From the IMG/VR virus record IMGVR_UViG_3300046323_000587, positions 1 to 64,000 of that record: a DNA stretch of 64,000 bases; one strand, written 5' to 3'. How positions within the stretch are numbered: the first letter of the stretch is position 1; each line of letters starts with the position of its first letter. A program made the translations under genes and the position numbers. Of the stretch, positions 33,047 through 43,374 are shown one piece after another. The notes under the pieces were generated by a model. That model was not told where the DNA came from. It made no database searches and saw only the letters and a list, made by a program, of their open reading frames with translations.

Positions 33047-33821
33047 ATGAACAATTTATATTACACAAATAAAATTACTATAAAATCTGAATCTCTTTTA
33101 TATATATATATCAAAAATAAATAAAAAATTTTTAAACCTTGAAAATATAGAAGATATTAAAACAGACATAGTTGAATTAGATTTAATCAAAAAAACAATT
33201 AAAAATATTGATTCTAATGAAAATTTTGAAGATTTGATAGAATTTAAATCTAGTTTAGAATTTGATAAATTTTTAAATGAATTTAGAAAAACTAATTATG
33301 TAGCAATTCTAAAAGATTCAACATTTAAAGATTGCTTTAAAGATGTAAATAAAATTATCTGCACTTTTAATGAAAAAGATTAGATCAGTTTTGAGAGTAA
33401 AAAAGAAACAATTTATACGAAAAGAGAACATAAAATTTATATTAATAAACTATATCTAACTGGTCAACAAGTATTATTATTTGACTATAAATATAAAAAC
33501 TTTTCTAATTACCAAGATATAAAACAATTAAATATAGATTTATATCATTTTTATATGAATGATTGCGGAAATGTTACAATAAATTTAGAAACAAATGAAT
33601 TAATAATTCATTCAGAAACAGACGAAATAAATCCAAGAATAGATTTTTTGAGATTTAATCAAATAGGTGATATTTATGAAATCATTGATAACTATAAAAA
33701 ATTTGGTTATGTAATTGTATCACATAATTTTTTATCTGAATATACTTATAAAGATGGATTTAATATACTGTGTTCATTTGATAACGGCAATTTACATTGG
33801 AATAAATATTCTGCAAGCTAA
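33047..33821 (+). pseudogene. broken two-domain family C partner
   Basis: Early stop/frameshift; IICTFNEKD*ISF has TAG 33381 at the family's conserved Trp; frame continues to ILCSFDNGNLHWNKY. Confidence 0.7.
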
Positions 33822-33850
33822 ATAAGCACTAATAAATTAAATTACTTATT

Positions 33851-34807
33851 ATGTTTAAAATAAATCAAGAACCAGTAATAAAGAGAGAAAACTCTTCTAA
33901 TAAATTATTAAATAATAAACACTTAATATTCATTGGAATAATTTTAATCTCTATTGGAGTTTCTCAATGTTTAGGTTTAGTAGAATTTCATTCAAAAGAA
34001 AAGGAGTTATTACAACGTTATAAGAACAAGGAACCTTTAACTGAATTAGAGAAATTTGAATTATGTGAATGGTTAAGTGAAAATAAAAGTTATGAAAAGG
34101 AGTTTAAAGAGATTTGTGAGAGTAAGTTAGATACTACTGTAAAAGGTGGGGCAGAGTATGATAAAGAATTTATTCAGTTTATAAATAAAAATAATAAATA
34201 TCTTCTTACAAACAAAGAAATAAAGAAATTATATAAAAATCTAAGTCCTATGGTAAAAAAAAGAAATAAGTATGAAAGATCTTTTGTTTATAAAACAAGT
34301 CTTGATCTATGGTTTCAATTAAATAAAGAGGTTCCTAACGGGTTTATTTATTCTACTATGAGTAATGATTATAAAATTAAAATATCTATTGATGATTTTT
34401 TACATATTGTATTAAGACATCAAGTATTTGAAAATTATTTAAATTTTACATTAAATAAAAAAGAAACTCAATTTGAAACAGAAGACCAAAAATTTTATTT
34501 AAAAGATGTTTTATGGAGTATAGAAACTATTTTTAGATCTCTGACACCTCAGAGTTTATATAGGTTTGTAAGTAGGTTAAATATAAATTCTAGGCCTACA
34601 ACTTATCAACTAATTATTTGTTATCTTAACACAACCAAAGAAGAAGAATTTTATAACATACATTTTAGTATACAAACAGATACTCTTTATATTAAAACTT
34701 TTCATAGAAATAAAAACTATACAGAAAAAATCTTACTAGATTCAGGAAATATTAAAGAACAACTAAGTAAATTTCAACCTAACTACTTTATTTATATTAA
34801 ACCGTAA
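33851..34807 (+). CDS. TM-anchored HIxxxH protein 6 (putative RNase toxin, clade C)
   Basis: TM LIFIGIILISIGVSQCLGLV, CX16C, DFLHIVLRH, YIKTFHRN. Confidence 0.6.
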   Translation: MFKINQEPVIKRENSSNKLLNNKHLIFIGIILISIGVSQCLGLVEFHSKEKELLQRYKNKEPLTELEKFELCEWLSENKSYEKEFKEICESKLDTTVKGGAEYDKEFIQFINKNNKYLLTNKEIKKLYKNLSPMVKKRNKYERSFVYKTSLDLWFQLNKEVPNGFIYSTMSNDYKIKISIDDFLHIVLRHQVFENYLNFTLNKKETQFETEDQKFYLKDVLWSIETIFRSLTPQSLYRFVSRLNINSRPTTYQLIICYLNTTKEEEFYNIHFSIQTDTLYIKTFHRNKNYTEKILLDSGNIKEQLSKFQPNYFIYIKP

Positions 34808-34816
34808 AAAAATATT

Positions 34817-35215
34817 ATGCTAAATAAAAAAATACCTTTTATAGAAAATAAATTATTTGTCATAACAGAACAAATAAATCAACTTTCAGACAAGTATAAA
34901 AATTTTAATAATTTTAGTTCTGTTAAAGATGCTAATACTTATCTAAATTATTTAGAAATGGATGGAGAATTTGTTATAGTAGATTTTAATAAAAATATAT
35001 TATATAATGAAAGAGAAATTTTAGAAGAAAATTATTATAATTATTGTGAATTTTTTAGATTATCTGATTTAAAAGAAATATTTGATTTATTTAATTTACA
35101 TAAATCTGTTTTTTTTATAAAAACTGATTGGAGTTGTGATGTTTTAGGATGCTGTAGATTAATATGTCGATTTGGAGATAACGTATGGAAAAGTTACCCT
35201 ATTAATGTAATTTAA
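34817..35215 (+). CDS. family C partner (putative immunity)
   Basis: YKNFNNF..VIVDFNKNI..LICRFGDNVWKSYP. Confidence 0.55.
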   Translation: MLNKKIPFIENKLFVITEQINQLSDKYKNFNNFSSVKDANTYLNYLEMDGEFVIVDFNKNILYNEREILEENYYNYCEFFRLSDLKEIFDLFNLHKSVFFIKTDWSCDVLGCCRLICRFGDNVWKSYPINVI

Positions 35216-35238
35216 CTTTTAATTTATAAACAAATATT

Positions 35239-35634
35239 ATGTTAGATATTCCTTACACAGTAAATAAATTATATTTATCATCTGATATGATGAATATGTT
35301 AAAAGTAGAGAATTACAAAGAATTTAAAAACTTTAATTCTTTAAAAGAAGTTCATCAATTTATTACCTATCTTAGTAAAACACCTGATTATGCTATATTT
35401 GAATTAGATACTGGTAAAATCTATGAAAGCAGATTAGGTACATTTGAAGAAAAATATAAGACTGGTTATAGATTTCTTAAACTTGAAGATTACAATGCTT
35501 TTATGGAAATGTATAATCAGTATAAAGATGTTACTATTTTAGATATAGATTGGCTTTATGAAGTTATAGGATTTTATAGATTAATTTGTTGTTTTGGTGA
35601 AGATACTTGGGTAGGTTACAATATAATGAAGTAG
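35239..35634 (+). CDS. family C partner (putative immunity)
   Basis: YKEFKNF..AIFELDTGKI..LICCFGEDTWVGY. Confidence 0.55.
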   Translation: MLDIPYTVNKLYLSSDMMNMLKVENYKEFKNFNSLKEVHQFITYLSKTPDYAIFELDTGKIYESRLGTFEEKYKTGYRFLKLEDYNAFMEMYNQYKDVTILDIDWLYEVIGFYRLICCFGEDTWVGYNIMK

Positions 35635-35689
35635 TAATATATTAAATAGTGTAATAAATAAATAAGTAACAATTTAAATTTAGACTGAT

Positions 35690-36166
35690 ATGGAAAATAA
35701 AAAAGTAAAATTAATAGAGAAATTAACAAGTTTAAACAAAACTCTTTATGAATTTAATGATAAATTTGTTTTTAAACTTAATTTTAATGAATTATCAAAT
35801 GGAGATCATACAAAAATTGGAGATAATTTAGAAGAAAGAATAGATTTTATTATTGAACTATTTAACAATAAAATCTTAGTAGAAGGTTTTTACGAGAAAT
35901 TATTATTATTTTTAATAAATAATTATAAATCCTATTTTTATACTATGATAAAATTAGAAAAAAATACAAAAAACATAGAGTCTTTTGAAGATTTTATAGA
36001 CTATGAGATATTTTACAATACTTTTTATTTAAAAATAGATTTCAATAAAATAATATACGAAAGAGACCATTGTTTTTTAGGAAATACTATTGAGGAAAGA
36101 TTATAAAAAATAGTTGGTTGGTTTAAAAATGGAATTTTAGTAGAAGGATTTTATGAAAGAAAATAA
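35690..36166 (+). pseudogene. two-repeat protein truncated by in-frame TAA
   Basis: Repeat 1 EERIDFIIELFNNKILVEGFYEK; repeat 2 EERL*KIVGWFKNGILVEGFYERK, with TAA at 36104. Confidence 0.7.
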
Positions 36167-36184
36167 ATTTTAAAACAAACTGTT

Positions 36185-36703
36185 ATGAAAAAACAATCTG
36201 TAGAAGGAAATATTTATCAACACAAACTTACCAATATAAAGTATATTTATATTGGTAAAGTATTATTTGAAAAGCAAAACATAATTAAAAAAGCTTATAT
36301 TAAATTAGCTTCAAACAAAAAAATTTATTTTAATGTTAAAGGACTAAAACTAGTTAAAGAAAATCAAAAACATTTAATACCAAATAATTACATTTCTAAA
36401 ATAGAAGAATTAGGTTTAATTCCTTTATATTATAATTATATTATTGATAAAGAAGATTTATTTAAAAGACTTGATTTATATTTTAGCAAGAACTTGGAAT
36501 GCGTAGGTTTTAGAGCATTTAATCCTTTTTGGGCAAAAGATTATATAAATAATGTGTTTAAACCAGACTATTATGAAATAAACTCAGATGTAAAATATTA
36601 TCATATTTCTGATGAATTTAGTAAAGAATGTAGTAAACGTTCTTATTATTTTTATTTAACAGGCGAAGTATATAGTATTGAGTATAGAGAAAAAGCTATT
36701 TAA
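36185..36703 (+). CDS. hypothetical protein
   Basis: 172-aa ORF. Confidence 0.7.
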   Translation: MKKQSVEGNIYQHKLTNIKYIYIGKVLFEKQNIIKKAYIKLASNKKIYFNVKGLKLVKENQKHLIPNNYISKIEELGLIPLYYNYIIDKEDLFKRLDLYFSKNLECVGFRAFNPFWAKDYINNVFKPDYYEINSDVKYYHISDEFSKECSKRSYYFYLTGEVYSIEYREKAI

Positions 36704-36740
36704 TTAAATTTTTAAATATCTAAAAGTTAAATTTTATATT

Positions 36741-37736
36741 GTGTTTAGATTAAATCAACTACCAAAAGAAGTAAACACTAAAAAATCAAATTTAGCTACT
36801 AAAATACTAATTCTAGTTTCTATTATAGTATCTATTTATTATTGGGAAGATCTATTAAAGTTGCTCACTGATTTGTTTAGTAGTAACAATATTGAAAAAC
36901 AATACATTAAAAAACTAGAAAACAATGAACGACTAAATGATTCAGAAAGACAATATATTTGTAACTATTTCTTAAATATTGGAGATACAAGTAGTTACAA
37001 TAAATACTGTTTAAATGTTGTAGATGATAAATTTCAAGTTTTGTTTGAAAGATATGTTCAAGATGAAAATTCTATTTCACAAGAAGAATTTGAATATATA
37101 TTTAACACAGCAGAAACCTTTAAATACTTATGTGAACAAGTAAGTGGAGACACTATAAAAGGCGATAAATTACAGAGAGAATGTCAAAAAACAATGAAAA
37201 GTATAACAAAAAATAAAGATGTAAAACATTTAAAAAAACATCTTTTAAAGTGGTATTATATGTTTTATATTTATAACGAGATTGTAAAAGAAGCTAATTT
37301 AAATGGTCTCAATCTAAAATATAAGGTGTATAAAACAGATTCTACTTATATTTATGTTAAACTATTAAATACTTCTTTATTACATATTAAATATAAACAC
37401 TATGAACTAAAAAGTTTTACAGAATCTGAAATTTCTTTATTTAAAAATTATACTTATTACGATGAATTAATAAGAGATTTAAATGAAATCTTTAAATATA
37501 TTACACTAAATAGATTGAAATTAAATAAAATTAATTTTAATACACTTGATCTAGACCTTTATTTAATTTATTTAATTATTAATGATTTGCCGATGACTCT
37601 ATACATTGATAAAGCAACTAATGTTATTACTACTTTTTATATAGAAGAAAAAGATTTTGATAATAAACTGTTGAAAATACAAAATAGTGACACTTTAAAA
37701 TTAAATAAGTATATTAAAATTCTAATTAAAAAATGA
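36741..37736 (+). CDS. TM-anchored HIxxxH protein 7 (putative RNase toxin, clade B)
   Basis: GTG start MFRLNQLP, TM ILILVSIIVSIYYW, CX15C, SLLHIKYKH, YTYYDELIRDL, VITTFYIE. Confidence 0.6.
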   Translation: MFRLNQLPKEVNTKKSNLATKILILVSIIVSIYYWEDLLKLLTDLFSSNNIEKQYIKKLENNERLNDSERQYICNYFLNIGDTSSYNKYCLNVVDDKFQVLFERYVQDENSISQEEFEYIFNTAETFKYLCEQVSGDTIKGDKLQRECQKTMKSITKNKDVKHLKKHLLKWYYMFYIYNEIVKEANLNGLNLKYKVYKTDSTYIYVKLLNTSLLHIKYKHYELKSFTESEISLFKNYTYYDELIRDLNEIFKYITLNRLKLNKINFNTLDLDLYLIYLIINDLPMTLYIDKATNVITTFYIEEKDFDNKLLKIQNSDTLKLNKYIKILIKK

Positions 37737-38080
37737 GACATATTCCAGTAAAATATTATTTTGGTAATACACCAGACACAGAATATAAAGTATACGATGA
37801 AATTATATTGTATGATACACTTTGTTTACATACTTTTAATGGTGAAGAATGGGTAGAATATGTTTTAAATTTAAATACATTTAAATTAATATGCACACCT
37901 TTTTTTCTATCTGTTTATCTATTTAATAATCACCGTACTTACGAATCAGTAATTTTTTATATTAAACAACACATTTCTAAAATTAGTTCTATGGAAATTA
38001 ATCGAGAAAGTGACTTAATTATTAATTTTAATGATGGTAGAATTAAAACATTCGAAGCTTATTACCAATATTATATATAA
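37733..38080 (+). CDS. family B-like partner (putative immunity)
   Basis: ATGA overlap with the toxin stop; YVLNLNTF..ISKISSMEI. Confidence 0.55.
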   Translation: MRHIPVKYYFGNTPDTEYKVYDEIILYDTLCLHTFNGEEWVEYVLNLNTFKLICTPFFLSVYLFNNHRTYESVIFYIKQHISKISSMEINRESDLIINFNDGRIKTFEAYYQYYI

Positions 38081-38091
38081 TTAAATATTCT

Positions 38092-38451
38092 ATGAGAAAT
38101 ATACCTGTTACTTATCCTACATCATTAGCAGAAACTTTTATTATTAAATATCAAACAAGACTTCCTGTTAATATTACAACATTAACTTTATCAAATACTT
38201 TATTTTACACATATAAACATAAAGATTACATATTAAATTTAAATACCTTGGAATCAATACAAATTTCTTTTTATTTAGATATACAATACTACGAAAATGA
38301 GATATATTGTAAATATAGTTTAGATTGTATAAAAAAAGAAATACACAAGATAAAATCAATTAAAGTAATTACACATTTACAAGATTGCAATAAAGAAATA
38401 ATAAAATTATTAGTAACGTATAAAGATAATTCAACAAAAATTTATGTTTAG
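38092..38451 (+). CDS. family B-like partner (putative immunity)
   Basis: MRNIPV..YILNLNTL..IHKIKSIKV. Confidence 0.55.
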   Translation: MRNIPVTYPTSLAETFIIKYQTRLPVNITTLTLSNTLFYTYKHKDYILNLNTLESIQISFYLDIQYYENEIYCKYSLDCIKKEIHKIKSIKVITHLQDCNKEIIKLLVTYKDNSTKIYV

Positions 38452-38794
38452 AACTTGTTTACATGAAATACAATATAATTCAATATGGTGTTTACATCAC
38501 ACAGATTATAATAAATTAAATAGAATTTATGACGAAGAAAATGTATCATTAGGTAATACAATTTGTATGTATTTTCAAGGTCGTCAACAAATATTTGATA
38601 CAGAATTACTAGAAATTAAAGAAATCCCTTTTGATTTTGGTGTTTATTATTTTAATAATCTAGAAAAAGAAGAAGAAGTTGTAAATACTGTTTTAGAACA
38701 TTATTTAAATATTGATTCTGTTGAAATAACAAAAGAGTCTATGATTATTACATTAAAAGATAAAACAGCATTTACTTTTGAATCTAAATTTTAA
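38444..38794 (+). CDS. family B-like partner (putative immunity)
   Basis: IFDTELL..PFDFGVYYF..IDSVEITKESMIITL. Confidence 0.5.
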   Translation: MFRTCLHEIQYNSIWCLHHTDYNKLNRIYDEENVSLGNTICMYFQGRQQIFDTELLEIKEIPFDFGVYYFNNLEKEEEVVNTVLEHYLNIDSVEITKESMIITLKDKTAFTFESKF

Positions 38795-38833
38795 TCATTT
38801 AAATATTAAATCAAACTTTAAAATTCTATAACT

Positions 38834-39034
38834 ATGAAAAAATCACACGAATACAATAAATTGTCTATTAATGTTACTTGTAACTCTTGTAGTAGACCAT
38901 TAAAAGAAAGACACTCTCATACACATAATTTGTGTTATTATTGTTATCTATTAAAAAGTGGTAAAACAATGTTCAAAGGAAATCATCTTGATATTATAGT
39001 AAAAAAACAACACTTACAGTACTCTAATAGATAA
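38834..39034 (+). CDS. small zinc-finger-like protein
   Basis: CNSC..HSHTH.LCYYC. Confidence 0.6.
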   Translation: MKKSHEYNKLSINVTCNSCSRPLKERHSHTHNLCYYCYLLKSGKTMFKGNHLDIIVKKQHLQYSNR

Positions 39035-39055
39035 TTAGCAAAATTAATTAATTAG

Positions 39056-39128
39056 AAGCCTTTTAAAGAATTTTTTTATTAAGTTGGTACTTTGTATTAC
39101 TTTTTAAATTGATTTCGTTAGAAAGCTT
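39056..39128. repeat. degenerate intergenic inverted repeat
   Basis: AAGCCTTTTAAAGAATT versus the reverse complement of ATTTCGTTAGAAAGCTT, 13/17. Confidence 0.45.
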
Positions 39129-39164
39129 TATTTATGTATAAAATAACTTAAGTCATTTATTAAA

Positions 39165-39506
39165 ATGGAAAAACCAGAACGACTAGTTAAAGATTTAGCA
39201 AATAAAATTTCTTTTAAAGAAATATCAAATTCTTTTGTAGCAGGATTAGCAGCAAGAATGAATAGCAATAAAGTTGAATTTGGAGGTAAGTATGGACAAA
39301 TGAGTTTTATAGATTCAAATCCAATAGATTTAATTGATGCAATTAAAAGACATCTTCAAGATTTAGAAGAACAGTTAAATAATAAACCAGAAATTCATTC
39401 AAAAGGAGAGAATAAAGATACCATTAAAGATAATATTTTAGCTATTGGAGTTAATGCTAATATGTTATTTGAAGTGTGTAAAAAATTAAATAAATTTTAT
39501 TTTTAA
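39165..39506 (+). CDS. possible dATP/dGTP diphosphohydrolase (DUF5664-like)
   Basis: GGKYG....IDAIKRHL....ILAIGVNANML resembles the family's KY..DA..RHL..A..N pattern. Confidence 0.5.
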   Translation: MEKPERLVKDLANKISFKEISNSFVAGLAARMNSNKVEFGGKYGQMSFIDSNPIDLIDAIKRHLQDLEEQLNNKPEIHSKGENKDTIKDNILAIGVNANMLFEVCKKLNKFYF

Positions 39507-39526
39507 ATCTTAAACATTATTAAACT

Positions 39527-39790
39527 ATGCAAAATAAAACAAGTTCTATTATAGAAGCTATTATAAATACATTCATAGGATTATTATTAAGTATTACAAT
39601 TACTACATTTTATTATTGGTTAAATGATATTCAAATATCTGCACAACAAAACATTTCATTAACTATAATTATGACTACTGCTTCTATTTTAAGAGGTTAT
39701 TGGATTAGAAGATATTGCAATAATTATCTTGAAATAGTGAAACATAAAATAGAGTTAATTTGGATTAAAGTAATTAATTTAAAATTTTAA
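39527..39790 (+). CDS. small two-TM phage membrane protein
   Basis: SIIEAIINTFIGLLLS..QNISLTIIMT.ASILRGYWIRR; common phage family. Confidence 0.7.
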   Translation: MQNKTSSIIEAIINTFIGLLLSITITTFYYWLNDIQISAQQNISLTIIMTTASILRGYWIRRYCNNYLEIVKHKIELIWIKVINLKF

Positions 39791-39916
39791 TAGTTTTATT
39801 TATATTATGAAAAAAAAAAGTTTATTTCAATCTTATAAAATCTATAAAACATTTATAAATCTAAAAGAAGTTATTACAGAATTTAATTTACTTATTAATC
39901 ATAAAATACTTTAACT

Positions 39917-41461
39917 ATGTATAAACACAAATTAATTAAAGAACTACCTAATCATAAAATAGGTGAAGTAGTTCAATTTTTTGGTTTTTGTGAAAAAGAG
40001 CCTTATAAATCAATATTAAAAGAAAGTCAGATTATTCCAGAAATAGGTTGGTATTGGAAAGATGATATTGAAAGAAAAGGTTGTATAACTAATTATAGTG
40101 AATATTGTAAATGTAAGTATAATGTAGATACATTACCTGATTGGTTTGCACCTTATTTATTTACAACAGAAGATGGTATTGAATATTACGATTGTTATAA
40201 TGACTTTGATAAAAAGTATTTTTACATACATAGATTAGATAATAAATTAAATTGGTCAAGAAGTTTTGATACAATTAAACTTAAACATCAATCTTATAAT
40301 GAATGGAGAGAACAATATAAAATATTTTCAACTAAAAAATCAGCTGAACAATATTTACAATCATTGAAATTTAAATTTAAAGTAGGAAATATTGTTGTTG
40401 TTGATTGTTTTACTTATGAAATATTTGGAAAAGTAAATAAAATAAAAGAAAATCAATTACTTGTAGATAAAATTTGGGTTAATGATGAACATATTAAATT
40501 AGCCAATTCTAAACAAATTATCAAATATTATACACAACAAGGTTGGCAAGAAGGAGCTTTACTTAATACACCTGAAGGAAATAGAAAGTTGTATTACCTT
40601 TTTATTGAAAACAATCAAACAATTTGTTGTTTTATAAAAGGTTTAGGTATTCAATCGTACGAACTATCTTTATGTACATTAATTAAATATAAAATTGGAG
40701 ATTTTATTATTGTCAATAATATTTTTAAAGATATTTGTAAAATTACAAGTGTTTCTGATAGTTATTATTATAGCGTAGAAATGTATGATAAAGAAAAAGC
40801 TTCAGTAAATATAAAAAAAGTTCTTAGAAAAGCTACTGAAAAAGAAATTGTACAATACTATGAAAATCAAGGTTGGATTAAAGGAGCTGAGTTTATTTGG
40901 AAAAATACATATCTAGAAAAAACCTATTATAATCATACTGTAGACCATTTAGAATTTATTAATAATGTTTTACACATTGTTTTTGACAAAAATTTTAAAT
41001 ATAAACTTGTTGAAGAGTGTGAATTATCTAAACCTATTATTAAGAATGTGAAATATGGTTCTAAAGTTTGTTATACATCAAATTTTGATTTAATTTTAAG
41101 TTATCCAATAAATATAGAAAAGGTTCAATTAAATACATTATCTAATTGTTATTCAGAAAATAATCGAGAAATGGTGACAGGAACACAATCACAATATAAA
41201 AATATAAAAGCTTTTATGAAATTAAGTATTCTTAACAAAGAAATAATTTCAATTTATAATAAATTAAATAATTATGATTGGAAACCTAATTGGAATAACC
41301 ATTTTGGAAAAAATTATGTAATTAAAAGATTTCACAATAAATTAATTATTATAAAAGATAATGAAATGTATTTTTCTTTGAGTTTTCCTAGTAAAGAATT
41401 GGCAGAATTTTCTTTGTTACATCATAAAGAACTATGGGAACAATATTATGAATTAAAATAA
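39917..41461 (+). CDS. 514-aa protein with internal repeats
   Basis: Two KF/YKxG..YY..QGW..GA units; C-terminal WKPNW..FPSKELAE domain. Confidence 0.75.
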   Translation: MYKHKLIKELPNHKIGEVVQFFGFCEKEPYKSILKESQIIPEIGWYWKDDIERKGCITNYSEYCKCKYNVDTLPDWFAPYLFTTEDGIEYYDCYNDFDKKYFYIHRLDNKLNWSRSFDTIKLKHQSYNEWREQYKIFSTKKSAEQYLQSLKFKFKVGNIVVVDCFTYEIFGKVNKIKENQLLVDKIWVNDEHIKLANSKQIIKYYTQQGWQEGALLNTPEGNRKLYYLFIENNQTICCFIKGLGIQSYELSLCTLIKYKIGDFIIVNNIFKDICKITSVSDSYYYSVEMYDKEKASVNIKKVLRKATEKEIVQYYENQGWIKGAEFIWKNTYLEKTYYNHTVDHLEFINNVLHIVFDKNFKYKLVEECELSKPIIKNVKYGSKVCYTSNFDLILSYPINIEKVQLNTLSNCYSENNREMVTGTQSQYKNIKAFMKLSILNKEIISIYNKLNNYDWKPNWNNHFGKNYVIKRFHNKLIIIKDNEMYFSLSFPSKELAEFSLLHHKELWEQYYELK

Positions 41462-41683
41462 TTAAAATATTTCAATAGAGAGAACTCTAAAATAATCAAC
41501 CCATCAAATTTTAGAGTTTTTTTAAGTAACTTCTATTAACTATTAAATATATGGTAACAAAAGAAATTGTAGATAATCAATTATTTGTTTATATGAATGG
41601 TGTATTAATATATAAAAGATGGTTGAAACAGAATTGTGGTATGATATTTTGTAAATTTGGTAATTTTAAACCTACTGATAGAG

Positions 41684-42079
41684 ATGGAAAATAGAGATTT
41701 TGCTGATTTTGAATTAACTAAATTATTACCTGATAAAAACAATGTCTATAAAAGAGATAAACGATTTAAGTGTGTTCATATAAATTCTAATAATACATTG
41801 ATTTATTGTGCTTATAATGAACTTATTGCTTGGTCTTGGGAAGATATTAGACTTTTTTTAAAAAATAAGAATATAGAATATTGTATCTCAGTTAATAACT
41901 TTAAACACGATGAATGTAAAGTAACTTATAAAGCTGTGATTGATTTATATGGAGATTTAGTAAAATCTAATAATTACACAGATGTTATTGTTTTAGATGA
42001 AAAAGAGTATGAATTTTATGAAGAAGCTCGTGTAGCTGCTATAAAATATTGTTTAGAATTAATTAAATCTAATAAATAA
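41684..42079 (+). CDS. hypothetical protein, paralog of 44515-44952
   Basis: DFADFELTKLL..WEDIRLFL..YEEARVAAIKYCLELI. Confidence 0.7.
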   Translation: MENRDFADFELTKLLPDKNNVYKRDKRFKCVHINSNNTLIYCAYNELIAWSWEDIRLFLKNKNIEYCISVNNFKHDECKVTYKAVIDLYGDLVKSNNYTDVIVLDEKEYEFYEEARVAAIKYCLELIKSNK

Positions 42080-42110
42080 ATTTTAATCAAAACTTTTAAT
42101 CAAAATAATT

Positions 42111-42388
42111 ATGTGGAATTACAAAATTGGTACTAGATTAAATAAAACATTATTAAAAGGTTGTAGTGAAGAATTATCAAGACAGTTCTTTATTTTTGAG
42201 TGTTATTACGATGAAAAAGGTATTCCTGATGGACATTTTGAAGAAGTAGAAACTGATATAATCCACCTAATCCTTTTGATGGTTGTGATAGCTTAAAAGA
42301 CTTGAAAGATACTTATGAATTACTTGCTAAAGCTTTTAATAAACCAGTAATAGATATTGATAATTTTCCTAATGATTATTTAACTTAA
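42111..42388 (+). pseudogene. frameshifted hypothetical gene
   Basis: MWNYKI..CYYDEKGIP, then a second frame GCDSLKDLKDTYELLAKAFNKPVID to TAA 42386. Confidence 0.6.
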
Positions 42389-42404
42389 TTAAATAATATA
42401 AATA

Positions 42405-43361
42405 TTGAAAACAGATAATTTACATAAAGCCAAAAAAGTAAAAAATGACGAATTTTATACTTTTTATGAAGACATTGAAAAAGAATTACAACATTATAAA
42501 GAAGAATTAAAGAATAAAATTATTTATTGTAATTGTGATGATTATAAAATATCTAATTTTTATAACTATTTTCTTAATAATTTCAAAGAATTAGAGATCG
42601 CTAAACTGATTACAACTCATTATAACAATAATAATTCAATTGCTTATAAAACAGAAACCACATTTGAAAATGATGAAGTCGTTATAACAATACAGGCATT
42701 AAAAGAAGACGGAGATTTTGCTAGTCAAGAATGTGTTGATATATTAATCAATTCAGATGTTATTGTTACTAATCCACCTTTTAGTTTATTTAATAAATAC
42801 ATTTCTTTATTAGAAGACCACAATAAAAAATATCTTGTAGTTGGTAATTTTGGAGCTGTTTCTTATAAAAAGATATTTAAGTTAATAAAGTCAAATAATC
42901 TTTATATAGGAGTAAATAAAATTAAAACTTTTCTTCAACCTGATAATACAATTAAAAAATTTGGAAATATTTGTTGGTTTACTAACATTAAAAATAAAAC
43001 AAACGATTTTATTAAATTGACTAAACTTTATAGTCCAACAAATTATATAAAATATGAAAATTTTGATGCTATTGACGTTGATAAACTAAAAAATATTCCA
43101 AAAGATTTTACAGGTGTTCTTGGAGTCCCTATTACTATTTTAGAACAATTTAATTCTTTACAATTTACTATTATAGGTTTAGGTAGTGGAAAATCTTTAC
43201 AAGAAATTGCTCCTAATTGTACCTACCCTAAACAATTTTTAATTGATTATTTTAATTCAGGTAAGAAAGGACATTTATCAGAAGGTATGTTTGGTTTAGC
43301 TTTATATAAGAATGGAATACCTATTGCACCTTATAGTAGAATATTAATCAAAATAAATTAA
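42405..43361 (+). CDS. adenine-specific DNA methyltransferase, EcoRI-methylase type
   Basis: AKKVKNDEFYT, IYCNCDD, GDFASQEC, VTNPPFSLF, GVPIT. Confidence 0.85.
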   Translation: MKTDNLHKAKKVKNDEFYTFYEDIEKELQHYKEELKNKIIYCNCDDYKISNFYNYFLNNFKELEIAKLITTHYNNNNSIAYKTETTFENDEVVITIQALKEDGDFASQECVDILINSDVIVTNPPFSLFNKYISLLEDHNKKYLVVGNFGAVSYKKIFKLIKSNNLYIGVNKIKTFLQPDNTIKKFGNICWFTNIKNKTNDFIKLTKLYSPTNYIKYENFDAIDVDKLKNIPKDFTGVLGVPITILEQFNSLQFTIIGLGSGKSLQEIAPNCTYPKQFLIDYFNSGKKGHLSEGMFGLALYKNGIPIAPYSRILIKIN

Positions 43362-43374
43362 TTTATTTAAAATT

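Noticed and set aside
33851-33970. Lipoprotein signal (VSQC) in toxin 6
   Set aside because: Atypical lipobox, and none of the seven paralogs has a Cys at the end of the hydrophobic segment.
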